64,000 nucleotides of DNA from Seison nebaliae (lineage: Eukaryota). The stretch lies in assembly GCA_023231475.1 (NCBI GenBank), contig JALJEE010001766.1:1-64000 (forward strand). The letters are read 5' to 3'. Position 1 is the stretch's first letter. Every line of letters begins with the position of its first letter. The notes under the pieces were generated by a model, which worked only from the letters and a program-made list of their open reading frames with translations, was not told where the DNA came from and made no database searches. Of this stretch, positions 23,827 to 36,229 are shown in pieces. The translations under genes were made by a program, and so were the position numbers.

Positions 23827-24489
23827 ATGTCTCACAAAGTGTCAATAAAAGACAGTATGACGTCGGAATTACTAATGGAACTACCAGCACCGGAACGAAT
23901 AGCATTCCTTGCTGTCGATTTACAGACTTCTCTTTTACAGATTGTTCAAAATTCGGAGAGTATAGTTGAGAATGCTAATCGACTAATAAAAACGGCAGCA
24001 CTTATCGGTTCACCACTGGTAGTAACGGAACAATATCCTGCAAAACTTGGCTACACATCTGAATCGATTGACATCACAACTAAAGAATTAATCATTGAAA
24101 AGACATCATTTAGTGCAGTGGATTCGGAGCAATTATTGAGATTCCTATCAGCTCGACAAATTGATGTTGTTGTACTTTTTGGATTGGAGTCACATATATG
24201 TATCCTACAAACGGCTTTAGCTTTACGACGTTTAAGATATCGAGTTTACGTCATTGCCGATGCTTGTACATCGCGGAACAATGCTGATAGAATGTATTCC
24301 TTCCAAGTTCATCTCCTTTCCCTTCAATCTCCTTTTCTAATTCATTTTTTAAAGAGAATGGAAAAAGTTGGTGTTGTTATAACAACATTCGAAGCATTTG
24401 TTATGGAAATAGTTCGTGATAAGAATCATAATAAATTCAAAGATATTTCTAAACTAATCAAACGAACAGTCGCCTCAACTGGACTATAG
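23827..24489 (+). CDS. isoc: isochorismatase domain-containing protein (ISOC-like); intron 24307-24354
   Basis: AFLAVDLQ, VTEQYPAKLG, EKTSFS, GLESHICILQTA, VIADACTSR, KNHNKFKDI. Confidence 0.9.
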   Translation: MSHKVSIKDSMTSELLMELPAPERIAFLAVDLQTSLLQIVQNSESIVENANRLIKTAALIGSPLVVTEQYPAKLGYTSESIDITTKELIIEKTSFSAVDSEQLLRFLSARQIDVVVLFGLESHICILQTALALRRLRYRVYVIADACTSRNNADRMYSFQVHLLSLQSPFLIHFLKRMEKVGVVITTFEAFVMEIVRDKNHNKFKDISKLIKRTVASTGL

Positions 24490-24792
24490 ATGAATAAGTT
24501 TATAGAAGATGAAATTTTATCCAAATAATAAAATTGTTTAAAATGACTGATGAATAAATAGTAAATAGATTGAGAAATTTCTTTTTCCATATTCTCTCCA
24601 AAACTGAATAAATATTTTCTTTTTCGTAAATTATGGGGAACCCTATGGGGATTCCGCGTCTTAAAATAAAAAAAAAAAAAAAAAAAAATTATCTTCTTCA
24701 TTTTAGTAAACACATTTTTTCAAATAATATCGAAAATTTCTTCATTCTGTTCATTTTGATAGTGAGAGTATTTTATTGCTGGTTTTTCCTTT

Positions 24793-25222
24793 TCATTCCT
24801 TCTTCTTGTTAGTCGATTTAGGAAGCCATTTTAATTCATTCCGTCTATGAAAGAACCATGGAGGTAATCCATACTGGAAAATGACATAACATAATGAAAC
24901 ACGTAACGAATTGGCACATTAATCTACTAACAAGAAATGCTGTTAACATTCCCAAACCAACAATCATTATCGTTAATGAATAACGTTGATAATGATAACC
25001 AACAAAAAATCCAATTATCTATTTATAAAACTAATTAAATGTTAAACTGGAATTGAAATTAAAACAGCAAATAAAGTAATGATTCGTTGATGGAATGAAT
25101 CGATTTTTTTCTGAGCTTCATAATCCTGTTGATGGTGATAAGATGATTAAGTGGAAAAACTGGAAAATACAAACAATATGTGTTGGAAAAGGAGCATATT
25201 TGGCGAGGAAATCCAAATTCAT
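24793..25222 (-). CDS. spcs1: signal peptidase complex subunit 1 (SPC12); 3 introns; missing from the ORF track
   Basis: Spliced product MNLDFLAKYAPFPTHI|DYEAQKKS...ITLFA|IIGFFVGYHYQRYSLT...|YGLPPWFFHRRNELKWLP matches SPC12 hallmarks. Confidence 0.88.
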
Positions 25223-25673
25223 TTTGTTTTTCGAACAATTCTTGTTTAATAATGAACTGAAACTATTTGGCAATTCGTTCAATGGAATTTAATTTAGTGT
25301 TCTTTCTGCATGATGATGTGGTGAACGAGAAAATGCAGAAATAAAATATGTGGATGATTAGTGAAAATTTGAAGACAAAAAATATTTTTAGAATTTTAAG
25401 CCTAAATTTTCCTTTACATTTCCATATAGTTTCTTTGTGTTTTTTAAACGACTATTCATATGTTGAACAATAAATAAATAAATTTTATTTTTTCATTCCT
25501 TCATATGTATAAAAATTGGATAATTCAATGTTTGAACATTTGTTATAAGAATTGATATAAATTAATTTCAAAATTGAAGAATTTATCTAAAAAAAAAAAT
25601 TGAAAGTTCACTTTTCAAATTTGTCTTTTGTTTTCAAGTAGATTGGTTTCTCTACTTACTCACCCGTTAGTTT

Positions 25674-26990
25674 ATGGGAAATATGGAGATGAACGGTAAA
25701 AAACGATCATTTGAAGTGAATTGTGCGGCGGTTCTGGAAAGAAATGAAAATGAACATAAGAAATCCCGTTTGGATGAAGATGACTCCTCATCGATCATTT
25801 TATCGGATGACGAACAATTATCCAATTCGATTATTCCATTGAATAATGCCATTTTAAGTGAAGAAGATGATGATATCATTTTCAGTGACGAAGAAATTTC
25901 ACCTATTGCATCGATTCAATCAAGACGTCAAGATACTGATTGTGTTACCGTTGTCTTAGATGACGGTCCCGAACCATCTCCGAGGAGTGAAACGGTGATA
26001 TTGAGCGATACGGAAGAAAATGATGAGGACAACGACATCTCTTTTTTAGGAGAAGAGAGACGAGTTCGAACAGAATCCAGCGACGATATAATTTGTTTAT
26101 CAAATAGCTTCCGAATTGTTCGTCCAATCGTAGACAGTAATGACGTTATTCCTGTCAGTGTTCGAACAGCTTCTCCATCGGAAACTCACAATCATCTCCA
26201 CGTTATATATCGAAGTGTCAGCTGTCTTTCTTATGGGATTCATAGACCCCAAATTTCGTTACCGAGAGCAGGTACTTCTGATAATAATGAGATCGATCTT
26301 TCAGTGGAAGAAAATCCTCCATCAAATCTCACAAATTCCCAGACCAATTCTCAAGTTCCGGTAGTAAATTCTGGTGAGAATAGACCTTTCTTCTATAATC
26401 CTGCCTGTCGTTCGTTTTTCGACGTTCAAAATCGACCAACAAACAATCAAACTTCTTCAACTGAAACAGATCTACCAGGTCAAACACGAATGATACAATA
26501 TTCACGTAATCAGATGAGAAATTCTAGACAAGACACATTTCATGTGGATGATGTTGCTTTTAATTCATTATCTGGTACAGTCAATAATGAACTTTATGTA
26601 CCAAATGAAAATGTTGATTCTCCTCAATTGACTACAACACCTTTGTTAACACATTTATATCGACAAATTCCCAATGATTTACCAACTGTCCAAAATATTG
26701 TTGAACGTTCAATGGAACTTTCAAGACCTAAAATTCCACCTGTATTGTTGAACAAAAACGACGAACGAATGATCTTAACACGAATCAATTGTGCTCAATT
26801 GGATTCTGAAGATACGGTATGTGCCATCTGTTTAGATTCGGTAACGAAAAAAACGAAAAAGATTGTCGTTAAATTAAATTCATGTTCTCACATTTTCCAT
26901 AAAACCTGCATTCTCCCGTGGTTGAAGAAATGTAATGGAAGTTGTCCGTTATGCAGACAGTCTTGTTATCCTAAAGTTTCAACTTCTTAA
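25674..26990 (+). CDS. RING-H2 E3 ligase with multiple SIM-like motifs (STUbL-like)
   Basis: C-terminal CAICLD...CSHIFHKTCILPWL...CPLCR; N-terminal IILSDDE, IIFSDEE, TVVLDD, VILSDTEE, IICLS, EIDLS. Confidence 0.8.
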   Translation: MGNMEMNGKKRSFEVNCAAVLERNENEHKKSRLDEDDSSSIILSDDEQLSNSIIPLNNAILSEEDDDIIFSDEEISPIASIQSRRQDTDCVTVVLDDGPEPSPRSETVILSDTEENDEDNDISFLGEERRVRTESSDDIICLSNSFRIVRPIVDSNDVIPVSVRTASPSETHNHLHVIYRSVSCLSYGIHRPQISLPRAGTSDNNEIDLSVEENPPSNLTNSQTNSQVPVVNSGENRPFFYNPACRSFFDVQNRPTNNQTSSTETDLPGQTRMIQYSRNQMRNSRQDTFHVDDVAFNSLSGTVNNELYVPNENVDSPQLTTTPLLTHLYRQIPNDLPTVQNIVERSMELSRPKIPPVLLNKNDERMILTRINCAQLDSEDTVCAICLDSVTKKTKKIVVKLNSCSHIFHKTCILPWLKKCNGSCPLCRQSCYPKVSTS

Positions 26991-27223
26991 ATGATTCGTT
27001 TGTTATACTTTTTTCCTCGTTAATTGGATCGATTGGACGATATAAAATAAATTTGTAATTTCATTTATTTTCTCCCATTCAATAACATTTTTTATGTTTA
27101 AAATCGGACATTTTTCCTTTATTCATATTCTTTCATTTCCTCAATTTTTTCCATCTCAATAAAAACCAATTCTTTAATTTTCTTTCATTTTTCTACAGAA
27201 TTTTTTTCTATTATCTTTCCACT

Positions 27224-28810
27224 ATGGCACCATCGATGCCAGCAAAACAGACGACATCCAGGAATTTTCAGATGAAAATCTCTTCGATCTTTCGAATGAT
27301 ATTCAATGGAAATTTATTTAGTCGATATGGAAAATTACATATTTTCCTTCCGTTATCCATCTTTCTTCTAGTCGTTGAAGTGCTCGTCAATTTTTTAATA
27401 ATAAACAAAATAAAATGTTAATTTTTCACTAGAATTTTTTCTACTAAATTAATTCTGAATGAAATTTTGGAATAGATACGGAAATTGATTGGAAGGCATA
27501 TATGGATGAGGTTGAAGGTGTTATCAATGGAACTTATAATTACACATTATTAAAAGGCGATACCGGACCATTAGTGTAGTGAAAAAAATTTATTTAATTC
27601 TTTAATTATTTTTCTTCAGTTATCCAGCAGGATTCGTCTACATTTATATGATCCTATATTGGCTGACTGATAAAGGAAAAGATATTCGATGTGCTCAATA
27701 TATATTTCTTTTGATGTATATCGTTTTTCTAACGATCATTATTCGAATTTATTCGAAATCGAAAAAAAATGTTATAAATTTTCTTTTTCCATCAAAATGT
27801 TAATTGAAAAAAGATTCCTATTTTGTTGTTTCTAGCCATCTCATTCACGTCATATCGAATTCATTCTTTATTCGTTTTGAGATTGTTCAATGATAATATT
27901 TCCATGTTATTCTTCTATGCATCATTATTATTGTTGTTGGAAGAGAAATATTTTCTGTCCACAATCATTTACAGGTTTTTTCCTCCATCTTCAATTGTTT
28001 AACCAACTAAATTATTTTTCAGTGTTGCATTGTCAATTAAAATGAATGTTTTGTTATTTGCACCAGCATTGGCATTCGTTACACTCCAAAAAATCGGATA
28101 TATTAAAACCATTTTGTATGGAATTAATGCCATCACATTACAAGTTAATCGGAATTAATTCATTTACAATTTCCAATTGTCAATTATTTCTATACATCAG
28201 TTCATTATGGCATTACCTTTCTTATTAGGAGATTGGAAAGCATATATGAATGGTGCCTTCCAATTTTCAAGAGTTTTCTTTTATAAATGGACCGTCAATT
28301 GGAGATTGATTCCAGAAGAAATATTTCTGTCGAAAACATTCCATTTAATTCTTCTTCAATTACATATGACGTTTCTAGTCATTTATTTCTTGACACGGTT
28401 CAATATATTAAAATCAATCCAACTCAAGTACAAGTTTATCGATTATTGATTATTGGATGAAAATTTATAAATATCAATTTCGTTTTTTTTCCTTCAGATC
28501 TATGAAGAATGATGAAATTTTATCAATTTTTTTCTTAACCAATTTCATCGGTATCACTTTCTGTCGCTCTCTACATTATCAATTCTATGTGTGGTATTAT
28601 CATTCGTTACCATTTCTTCTTGGTCGATTGAAAATCTTTCCAAATTATTTCAAGTTTCTTTTTTTCTCATTCACTTCTACATATCTCCATAGATTTATTC
28701 TCTTGTTGACAATTGAAGTGTGTTGGAATGTTTATCCTTCCACATTCACCTCATCTCTTCTACTTCATTCCGTCCATCTCCTCGTACTATTCCTCAATTT
28801 GGTGAGTTGA
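27224..28810 (+). CDS. alg3: ALG3 alpha-1,3-mannosyltransferase; 7 introns
   Basis: [75 protein letters not shown]. Confidence 0.95.
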
Positions 28811-29081
28811 AAAAGGATTTTATTATTCCAAAATTAAGAAAGTCAAAATTTTTTCTTTGAAAGATTTTTCCGAAGAACATTGAAATATGAAAAATTTGGA
28901 GTAAATGTTTTAGAAATAAAATATCTTTAAAATTATTTTTGTCATTTTGTAAAATTTAGTCAAAGAAATCTTCTTTCCAAAGAAGAGTGTCATAGTCATT
29001 CGTTAGAAAATTTGTTTTTTTTTGTTTTGGACATTTTTTTTTGTTAGGTCAAAAAGTTTTAAATTCGATTCCAAATTTCAT

Positions 29082-31886
29082 TTATCCGAGTTTCGCCACC
29101 GTGTCAATTGTCCATTGAATGAGGGAGTTGGCTTGAGGCGAACCGATTTTCCGGCAACGTTCAACCAATCCTTGTGTTTCGTTTGAAGTGCAGAATTCCC
29201 TTGTTACTTTCCCAAATACATTTCCTGCGTCACCTATTAATCCGGTAGCACCCAAAATGACACGTTCAGATACATAATGATCAGTGAATACTCGTTTGAT
29301 CAAGGTAGTTATTGTTGGAGCGATCATCAACCAAAATTTCTCTTTGTCCGCTTGTTCAACGGATGGTCCTTAAAAAAAAGAGAAAATTATAAAAACAAAT
29401 GAAGAATAAAATTGAACTGTCTTGAATACTCTGAATGATACCAGAGAATGCAGCACAAATACTTTCTAATAATTGAGAGAAATAATCTAAAATATCTTCG
29501 TCCGTCTAAAGAAAGAATGAAATGAAAGAAATGAAGAGAAAAAAGTAATGTAAGATGTAAAGAGAGAGAGAGAGAATGTGTTAACTTCATTACTACTAGC
29601 CATTGTAGCGACACCAAGAATTTCGATAGATTTTTGGAGAAACGGTGAATAATCGTTTTTCATGGCGGGACAGAAATCGCCAAATGATTCGATGATATGT
29701 GGTTTGACCGATTGGTCGAGTGTTGGACTATCGATAATTTGTAAGAGAAGTTGCATAAATTCTTGATAGAATTTGGCGATTTCAGGATTGTATTTTGTGA
29801 CACAACGTGTAATATCTGTTGCCACACCGATGGCAGCAATAACTAGTTGTGTTTCGTCGGTTTTAGCGACAGCTGCGAAAATTGAATTTTTGAATTGGGG
29901 GAAATATTGGACGAAATCTTCATTGAGAGTTTCGATGATACATGAAAGTAGAGAAAATGCTTCTTCTTGTACACCGTTCGAACGGTTATATTGTGGTGAG
30001 AGAATGATTGCTAATTTTTGAAGTAATTTCTCTGATAATTTAATAATGTCCTCTTCCTTCAATCGTCGAAGTAACATTTGTACAGTGGCGCATAATAAAC
30101 TTTCAATATCACAAATTTCATTAATATCATAATTTCCAGAAGTGACATCGATATTCATTATTTGTTCTAATCGTTCGATCATTATCGTTGTCGATTCCTT
30201 CACCATTCGATAACAATCATTTGGGCTGTATCTCAACAGATTCATGATTGCTTGATATGCGGCCGTTCTTAAATTTGATCTATTTCCATCATTTCGATCA
30301 CTAACAATTAATAATCGTCGGAATAATTCATCAAAATTCTCACTGAACACATAAGTGTTTGGTCTTTCATCTTCACATGATTTATTTGGAAAGGCAGCAC
30401 CAATTCCACTTGCTTCCATATATGTTACACGAAATAAATCTGATAATGCCCAACAAGCGTTCGCTGTAGCTCTTGGAGAGCGATCGAGATTCTTCAACAA
30501 ACCTTCCAACATCGGTGCTACGAAAGCATTATTAGTAGCGACTTGTGGAACGAATTTACAAACACAATTCACTGCCCAAATTGCAGCGTCACGTATACAC
30601 ATTTGGTCAATAGATAAATATTCGATAATGAGAGGGAGAGCAACTTTAGAAATATCGAAAATTTGAGTCGGTTCAGGTCCCTCCATAATACAACTAAATG
30701 CATTAATTGCTGCTTCTCGTGATTGCCAATTTGGTTGTCGAATATGATTTTCGAGGAAAGGAAGAATATATGAGAGAATGTCTGATTCCACATTACGACT
30801 GATCAACTGGAGACAGACACAGACGGATTTGGAGGGAGTGAATTCATCTTCCTCCTCCTCGTCATCATGAAGGAGACGTGAGAGTAATGCTGGCATTAAC
30901 GTTCCTAGAGCATTTTTTGCAAATTTTAAATTTTGTTCTTTTTCTGGTAATCCGCCATTTTCAATAATTTGCATATAACGTTGTTGGAATTCCCATTCCA
31001 TTTCGTTCAATGTCGACCAGAATTCAATTCCTTGTAAAGAAATTTGATCTTCCTTCGATTTGATCGCCATTATCGTGATTGGTACGAGTGCTACATTCAT
31101 ATATTTCTCCATATGCTCATAATAAGTGGCGATAATTCGAACGAGAATTTCCAGACTAATAATATTCAGTTCCATTTTAGGTAATTGAGTCATCTCACAA
31201 ACCACCGTCATAATAACGTCACGTTCTTCTTCTCGTTTAAAATTCGCTCGACAAAATTCGATCGCATTTAATAACGCTTTTGCTGCCGCTATTTTCACAT
31301 GTTCATTCGTTTCCGTTTCACGACGCAATCCATGAACAATGGCCGTCAAAATCGCTGATGATGACGATTCCAAATGTTCTGGTTCCAAATCTTGACAAAT
31401 ATATCCTAAAGCTTCCAAACATGCTTCGATTAATGCAGCTTTACTATCGTCCATGGTAATCTGTTGTGCAAGAAACGGAACAATTTCCATCCATTCCTTC
31501 ATCGACAATTCAGTGATAGCAATAAATCCGACACATTGTGCCGCTTGAGATGGTCGAGTGGTCTCCGTTCCTAATGCTTCCACACAATCTTGTTTGATTT
31601 TCATTCGAACTTCTTTGCTTAACGTCATCCATCGTTGCTGATTAGCGATCTTCTTATTCTCTTCTTTCGAATAGAAAAGATTCTTCAATTGAATTCCTGC
31701 CTGTTGACGACAGACACTCGTATTATTCGCATCATTTAATAATGCCGCCAATGCCCGAGTGAAATTACCAAAATCTGTTTTCAGAGCATCTTCCAATAAA
31801 GCGAATGCTTGATTCAACTCAACCTGATCAGCTGAAGTCGTCTTATGAAGAACGATCTTCAATTGCTCCTTCCAATCATCGCTCAT
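29082..31886 (-). CDS. kpnb1: Importin subunit beta-1; 2 introns near the 3' end
   Basis: RQQAGIQLKN, RPSQAAQCV, LQGIEFWS, WQSREAA, NLRTAAY HEAT-repeat signatures. Confidence 0.95.
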
Positions 31887-34255
31887 GATTCTCTAACAAA
31901 TAACGAAGAAATGAATCGACTGCAAAAGATACAAAAGAAATTAATTATAATCTTCAAAAACACTCTCGCGTCTTTTAAAAGAAAGAGATGGAGAGAGAAA
32001 ATTTGGCAATTAAAATTGAAAATCTGTAAAAGTAAAAAATGATTTTGTGGAAAAGATGGAGGGAGGATTCGCCAATGTCCTATTGCTCAAAAATTTCGGT
32101 AAAGCTTAAAATAATATCTGAATTTGAAAAAGGGAAACTTTTAAACATTCTTATGTTCGTTTAATTATTGTTTGAGAATAATTGCCGATTTCCATTCAAA
32201 TTTTTCTGTTTCTTTTAAATTTTTAGTTTTCTCGTTTATTTATTTACATTTCTTTACATGCTCTCTCCTTTTACAGGTCAAAACGTATGTACGACGTACT
32301 TCCTCATGAAAAAAAAAATTGTTTCAAAATATGAAAACATTCCGCTTTCTTTCAAAACAATTTTTTTTTAAATTTTCAAACTTCACCAATTATTACTTAA
32401 TTGTTAGAAATTACTAACAAAAAGTAAGAAGTGTAAGAAAGCTTAATAAAAATTCTTCACCAAGAATTTTGAATTATTCAAAAACAAATTCTCTTCGTTA
32501 TGTTTGTATTAGTAACTATGAATTGTTAATTTTGACTTGATTAAACTTGAAGAAATCAATTCATAATATACTACGAATAATTATAGAACCACAAAAACCC
32601 GTTCTTCAGATTATCATTGTATGATTCATCTACTATAGTCATTGTTTTTAAGAAACTTTTTTAAAATTAATGGTTAAGACACATTAGACATGTTTTCTAC
32701 ACATATTATTATTATTATCTTCGTGTTATTAATAATTCTCCTGAAAAATATTCATTTGGATGCATTATTTATCAATTATACTATAAAGTTCAACATGACT
32801 TTACTTCTATTTAATGCCGTTGAATAATTAGATATAATAATAATATAATACCCGAAAGCTAAATCTACTAATTATTGGATCTCTACGACTCTTATAAGCA
32901 ATATTTATAACTCAATAAGTTTGCATATATATAATATTATATATATTAATATAATATAATATATATTATAATATAAGTATATTTTGCTTTTACAAATTCG
33001 TGAATAATTATGCACTATTACAGAATTCAATTTTTTAATTTTTAATTTTTAATTTTAAGGATAGCAATAATAATAAGCAAAATGACTTCCAGTGTATTTT
33101 GATGAATGGTTTGATTTTAAAATGTTTTACATATATAATCATACATAAGTTTACTAACTGAACTCACCTAAATACATCGTTAATGGACAGATGGCACCAA
33201 AAATTATCGCTTTCCCAAAGTCACAATCTGATATTTATCATTCGCTAGATTCATTGAATGATATCTCCTTTGAATGATATAAACAGTAATGTAGTAATGT
33301 TAATACTTATTTAATTTGTCTTCCTATTGGAAATGGAAAGAAATATTAACGATTCGTAAATTGAGAGTATTCTCATCATATCATGAAATTTCACATTTCT
33401 TTATTATTATTAACTTTCTCTCAATTAGAGAATATCAAATTTCTATTAAATAAATAAACTTTAAAATTCATTTGACATGTTCAAATAATCGATGATTGAC
33501 TAACTCAAATTTCTTCCCGATGATCACGTTTAACAGCTTATTCCATATCTCTCGATTGGAAAACAAAAAAAATAGTTTCCTCAATTTATTCCATTCTAAT
33601 TTCCGACGTTTCTAACAAGTTGTACGATGTCGTATAATTACTGAAGTCTTAATTCTAATCTCCTAAAGAACAATTCGCTATTTATGTTTTCTTAAAAAAT
33701 TCTGTACATTCAATACAAAAAAATTGTACATCTTTCCAATGTACAAAGTTAGTTAATGTGCGAATGAAATCTGATATATTTTAGCGCGAAAGTGACAAGA
33801 ATTGGAACGTATTAGGATGACTCATATTTTCCACATGAATTCTACACGATTTCTTTCTTTTATTCTCGACTATTGATAAAAGAGATAGAAAGTTTCCTTT
33901 TTCATGAGTGTTGTACTGAGTGTGTGGGGGGACGGTACATCGTCGATCATATTTTAAATTGCAAATGAAGTGTGTTTAGTTGGACAGTTGGGCAGGTAGA
34001 TGAAAGAGAGAATTAGGTAGAACAAGAAAACAAAATAATTATTAAAGGAAATGAGAAAGTTCGTTCAAAGTCCTTCATTTTCAACTAAGCCAGTCTGTAT
34101 AAAAACGACGAGATATTCAACTTTTATCAATCCCCACATTTTATCATTTTATCATCAACGAATTTGTTTATTCCAAATCCCAAATAAAGATTTCCATATA
34201 AATAAGGAAATTAATTAATTCGATTCAATTCTAATTCCTGTTTCAATTTATTAGA

Positions 34256-35479
34256 ATGAATATATTTCTCTCATTTCTCCTTTTAATTTCCTCCGTAGTC
34301 CATCACAATGAAGCGATCAATTTCGGTTCAATGTTCCCAGGTTGGTTTACTTCATTCTAAAGTCATTACAATGAGACTATTTTGTTAGGGAATCCATTCT
34401 CCTTCTCCAATTTTTCACGACCATTTCTCCCCATGATGAAACCGATGCAATTTCAACCGATGCAATTCCAACCGATGCAAATGCCATTTGCAAATGCGTT
34501 CCCATTTTTCTCATGGGATTTCAATCCGATGCAACCTACAAAATTCAGACCACCATGTGATTGTGTTTATCATCAATGTCGTTGTTGTTCCGATTTTGGA
34601 ACTGATCGAGGTTATATCCAACTCATTTAATCTAAATAATTCATTGAACAATTTCTTCATTTTAGTCTGTCTCAAAATTAGTTTGGGCGAAGTTTCAGGT
34701 ACTGGCACACCAGTTGCTGTAACGATTAATGACACTACAGTTATCGACGAAGAAATTAACAGTTTTATCTTTTACTTTCCGTATATATTACGTACAATTC
34801 TTTTTCAGGTAATCAACCGTTGCATGGAATGTTTGATTTTAAACCCGTAGATGTTTATTTCGATAAAGACACGACAATGGTACCTGGTAAATCATTCACT
34901 GGTTGTGCTAATGGTTCTCTGGCTGAACGGAATGCACCTTTGGGATGTTTCACAATTACACAATATCATGCCAGTGTCTCATTACAATCGTATTCCAAAG
35001 ATCCTCAAAACCAAGCATTCCACTCATTCCAGTCATTCCATTACAGCAAGATGAATGGTGACAAGAAACCAGATGAACCGTCAGATGAAACATTAGATGA
35101 ACTATCAGATGATGAATATAAAATTGGAAGATCCCACCATAACAAAAAGAGACCGGAAGATAAGAAGAATAAAGAGGAAAGTACTAAAACACCACAACAA
35201 GAAACTACGAAACCACCAGTAGAAAATAATGCTCCATTAAATTTTCAGCAAACGAATGAATTGGATAATCCGATGAATTACAGAGATCAAATCGATGCTC
35301 TATCAAATCAACCAACTGTCAATAATCCATCATTCAATATGCCGTTCAATTCCGAACTTTTTAGTAGCATAAACAACGAAAATGAAGAGGACGAGGGTAT
35401 TCCCAATAAACGTATCGCATTCAACAAGGACAAATATGCAAATCCATCCAAATACCGATATGATTCTAATGAACATTAA
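34256..35479 (+). CDS. secreted Cys-containing protein, DUF4773-like; 3 introns
   Basis: Signal peptide MNIFLSFLLLISSVV, PMQFQ repeats, PCDCVYHQCRCC..VCLKIS pattern, charged tail; TATAAAAA near 34098. Confidence 0.6.
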
Positions 35480-35817
35480 GAATTTCCAAGAATTAAAAGT
35501 GAAGATTACTGAACATTCTAAAATTACCATTCATATTAATTTCAACATCATTCTCTTATTATTCATTCTTTTAGAAATAATGACGAGAAATGAATCAATT
35601 TCATGAGGAAAATCTTTTTCCAACAAATAATTTTTTAATTTGTTCAAAAAGAAATTTAATTTCAACACAAGTTTATCTTCAAAAAAACTTACACGGGAAG
35701 TATCCGATATGCATGAAATGAAATTAAAATTAAAAATAAATAGGATATGTAAAAAATAATGCTTATTAGGATAGCATTTTTATTTTCTGCCATTTTTTTC
35801 TATTAGTGCCTAAAATG

Positions 35818-35957
35818 GTACAAAGCTCGTGTAGTTACTATAAATACTTTTATTGAGCATTTTTAAATAAAAAAATTAAAAAAATATTAATTAATTTTAC
35901 ATAAAAATGCTATATACCGCCATTACTGTATTTATAGTAACTACACGAGCTTTGCAC
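35818..35957. repeat. inverted repeat / MITE-like foldback
   Basis: GTACAAAGCTCGTGTAGTTACTATAAATAC (35818-35847) is the reverse complement of 35928-35957 with 1 mismatch; inner AGCATTTTTA/TAAAAATGCT pair. Confidence 0.8.
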
Positions 35958-36229
35958 ATTAATATATTGTAATGATCAATATATATTGCACATTCATTTC
36001 CGTAGAATTATAAAACTCACTAATAATATCTAATATCAAGTTTGAATTAGAAGGAAAATTTAGGAATTTAAATACCGATAATAAATTTTTAAGATTTAAA
36101 TATAACAGATTTTTATTCTAAACAATGGAAAATATCTAAAAGAAGTTTGGTATGAGATATCTACTCTATAAATTTGCTATAATATTTTATGAAGCGATAT
36201 GGAATGTGTCTTCTATACAATCTTTTATT

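Noticed and set aside
24633..24690. ATGGGGA duplicate plus poly-A run as a retroposed element
   Set aside because: Too short, no TSD; lies between convergent 3' UTRs
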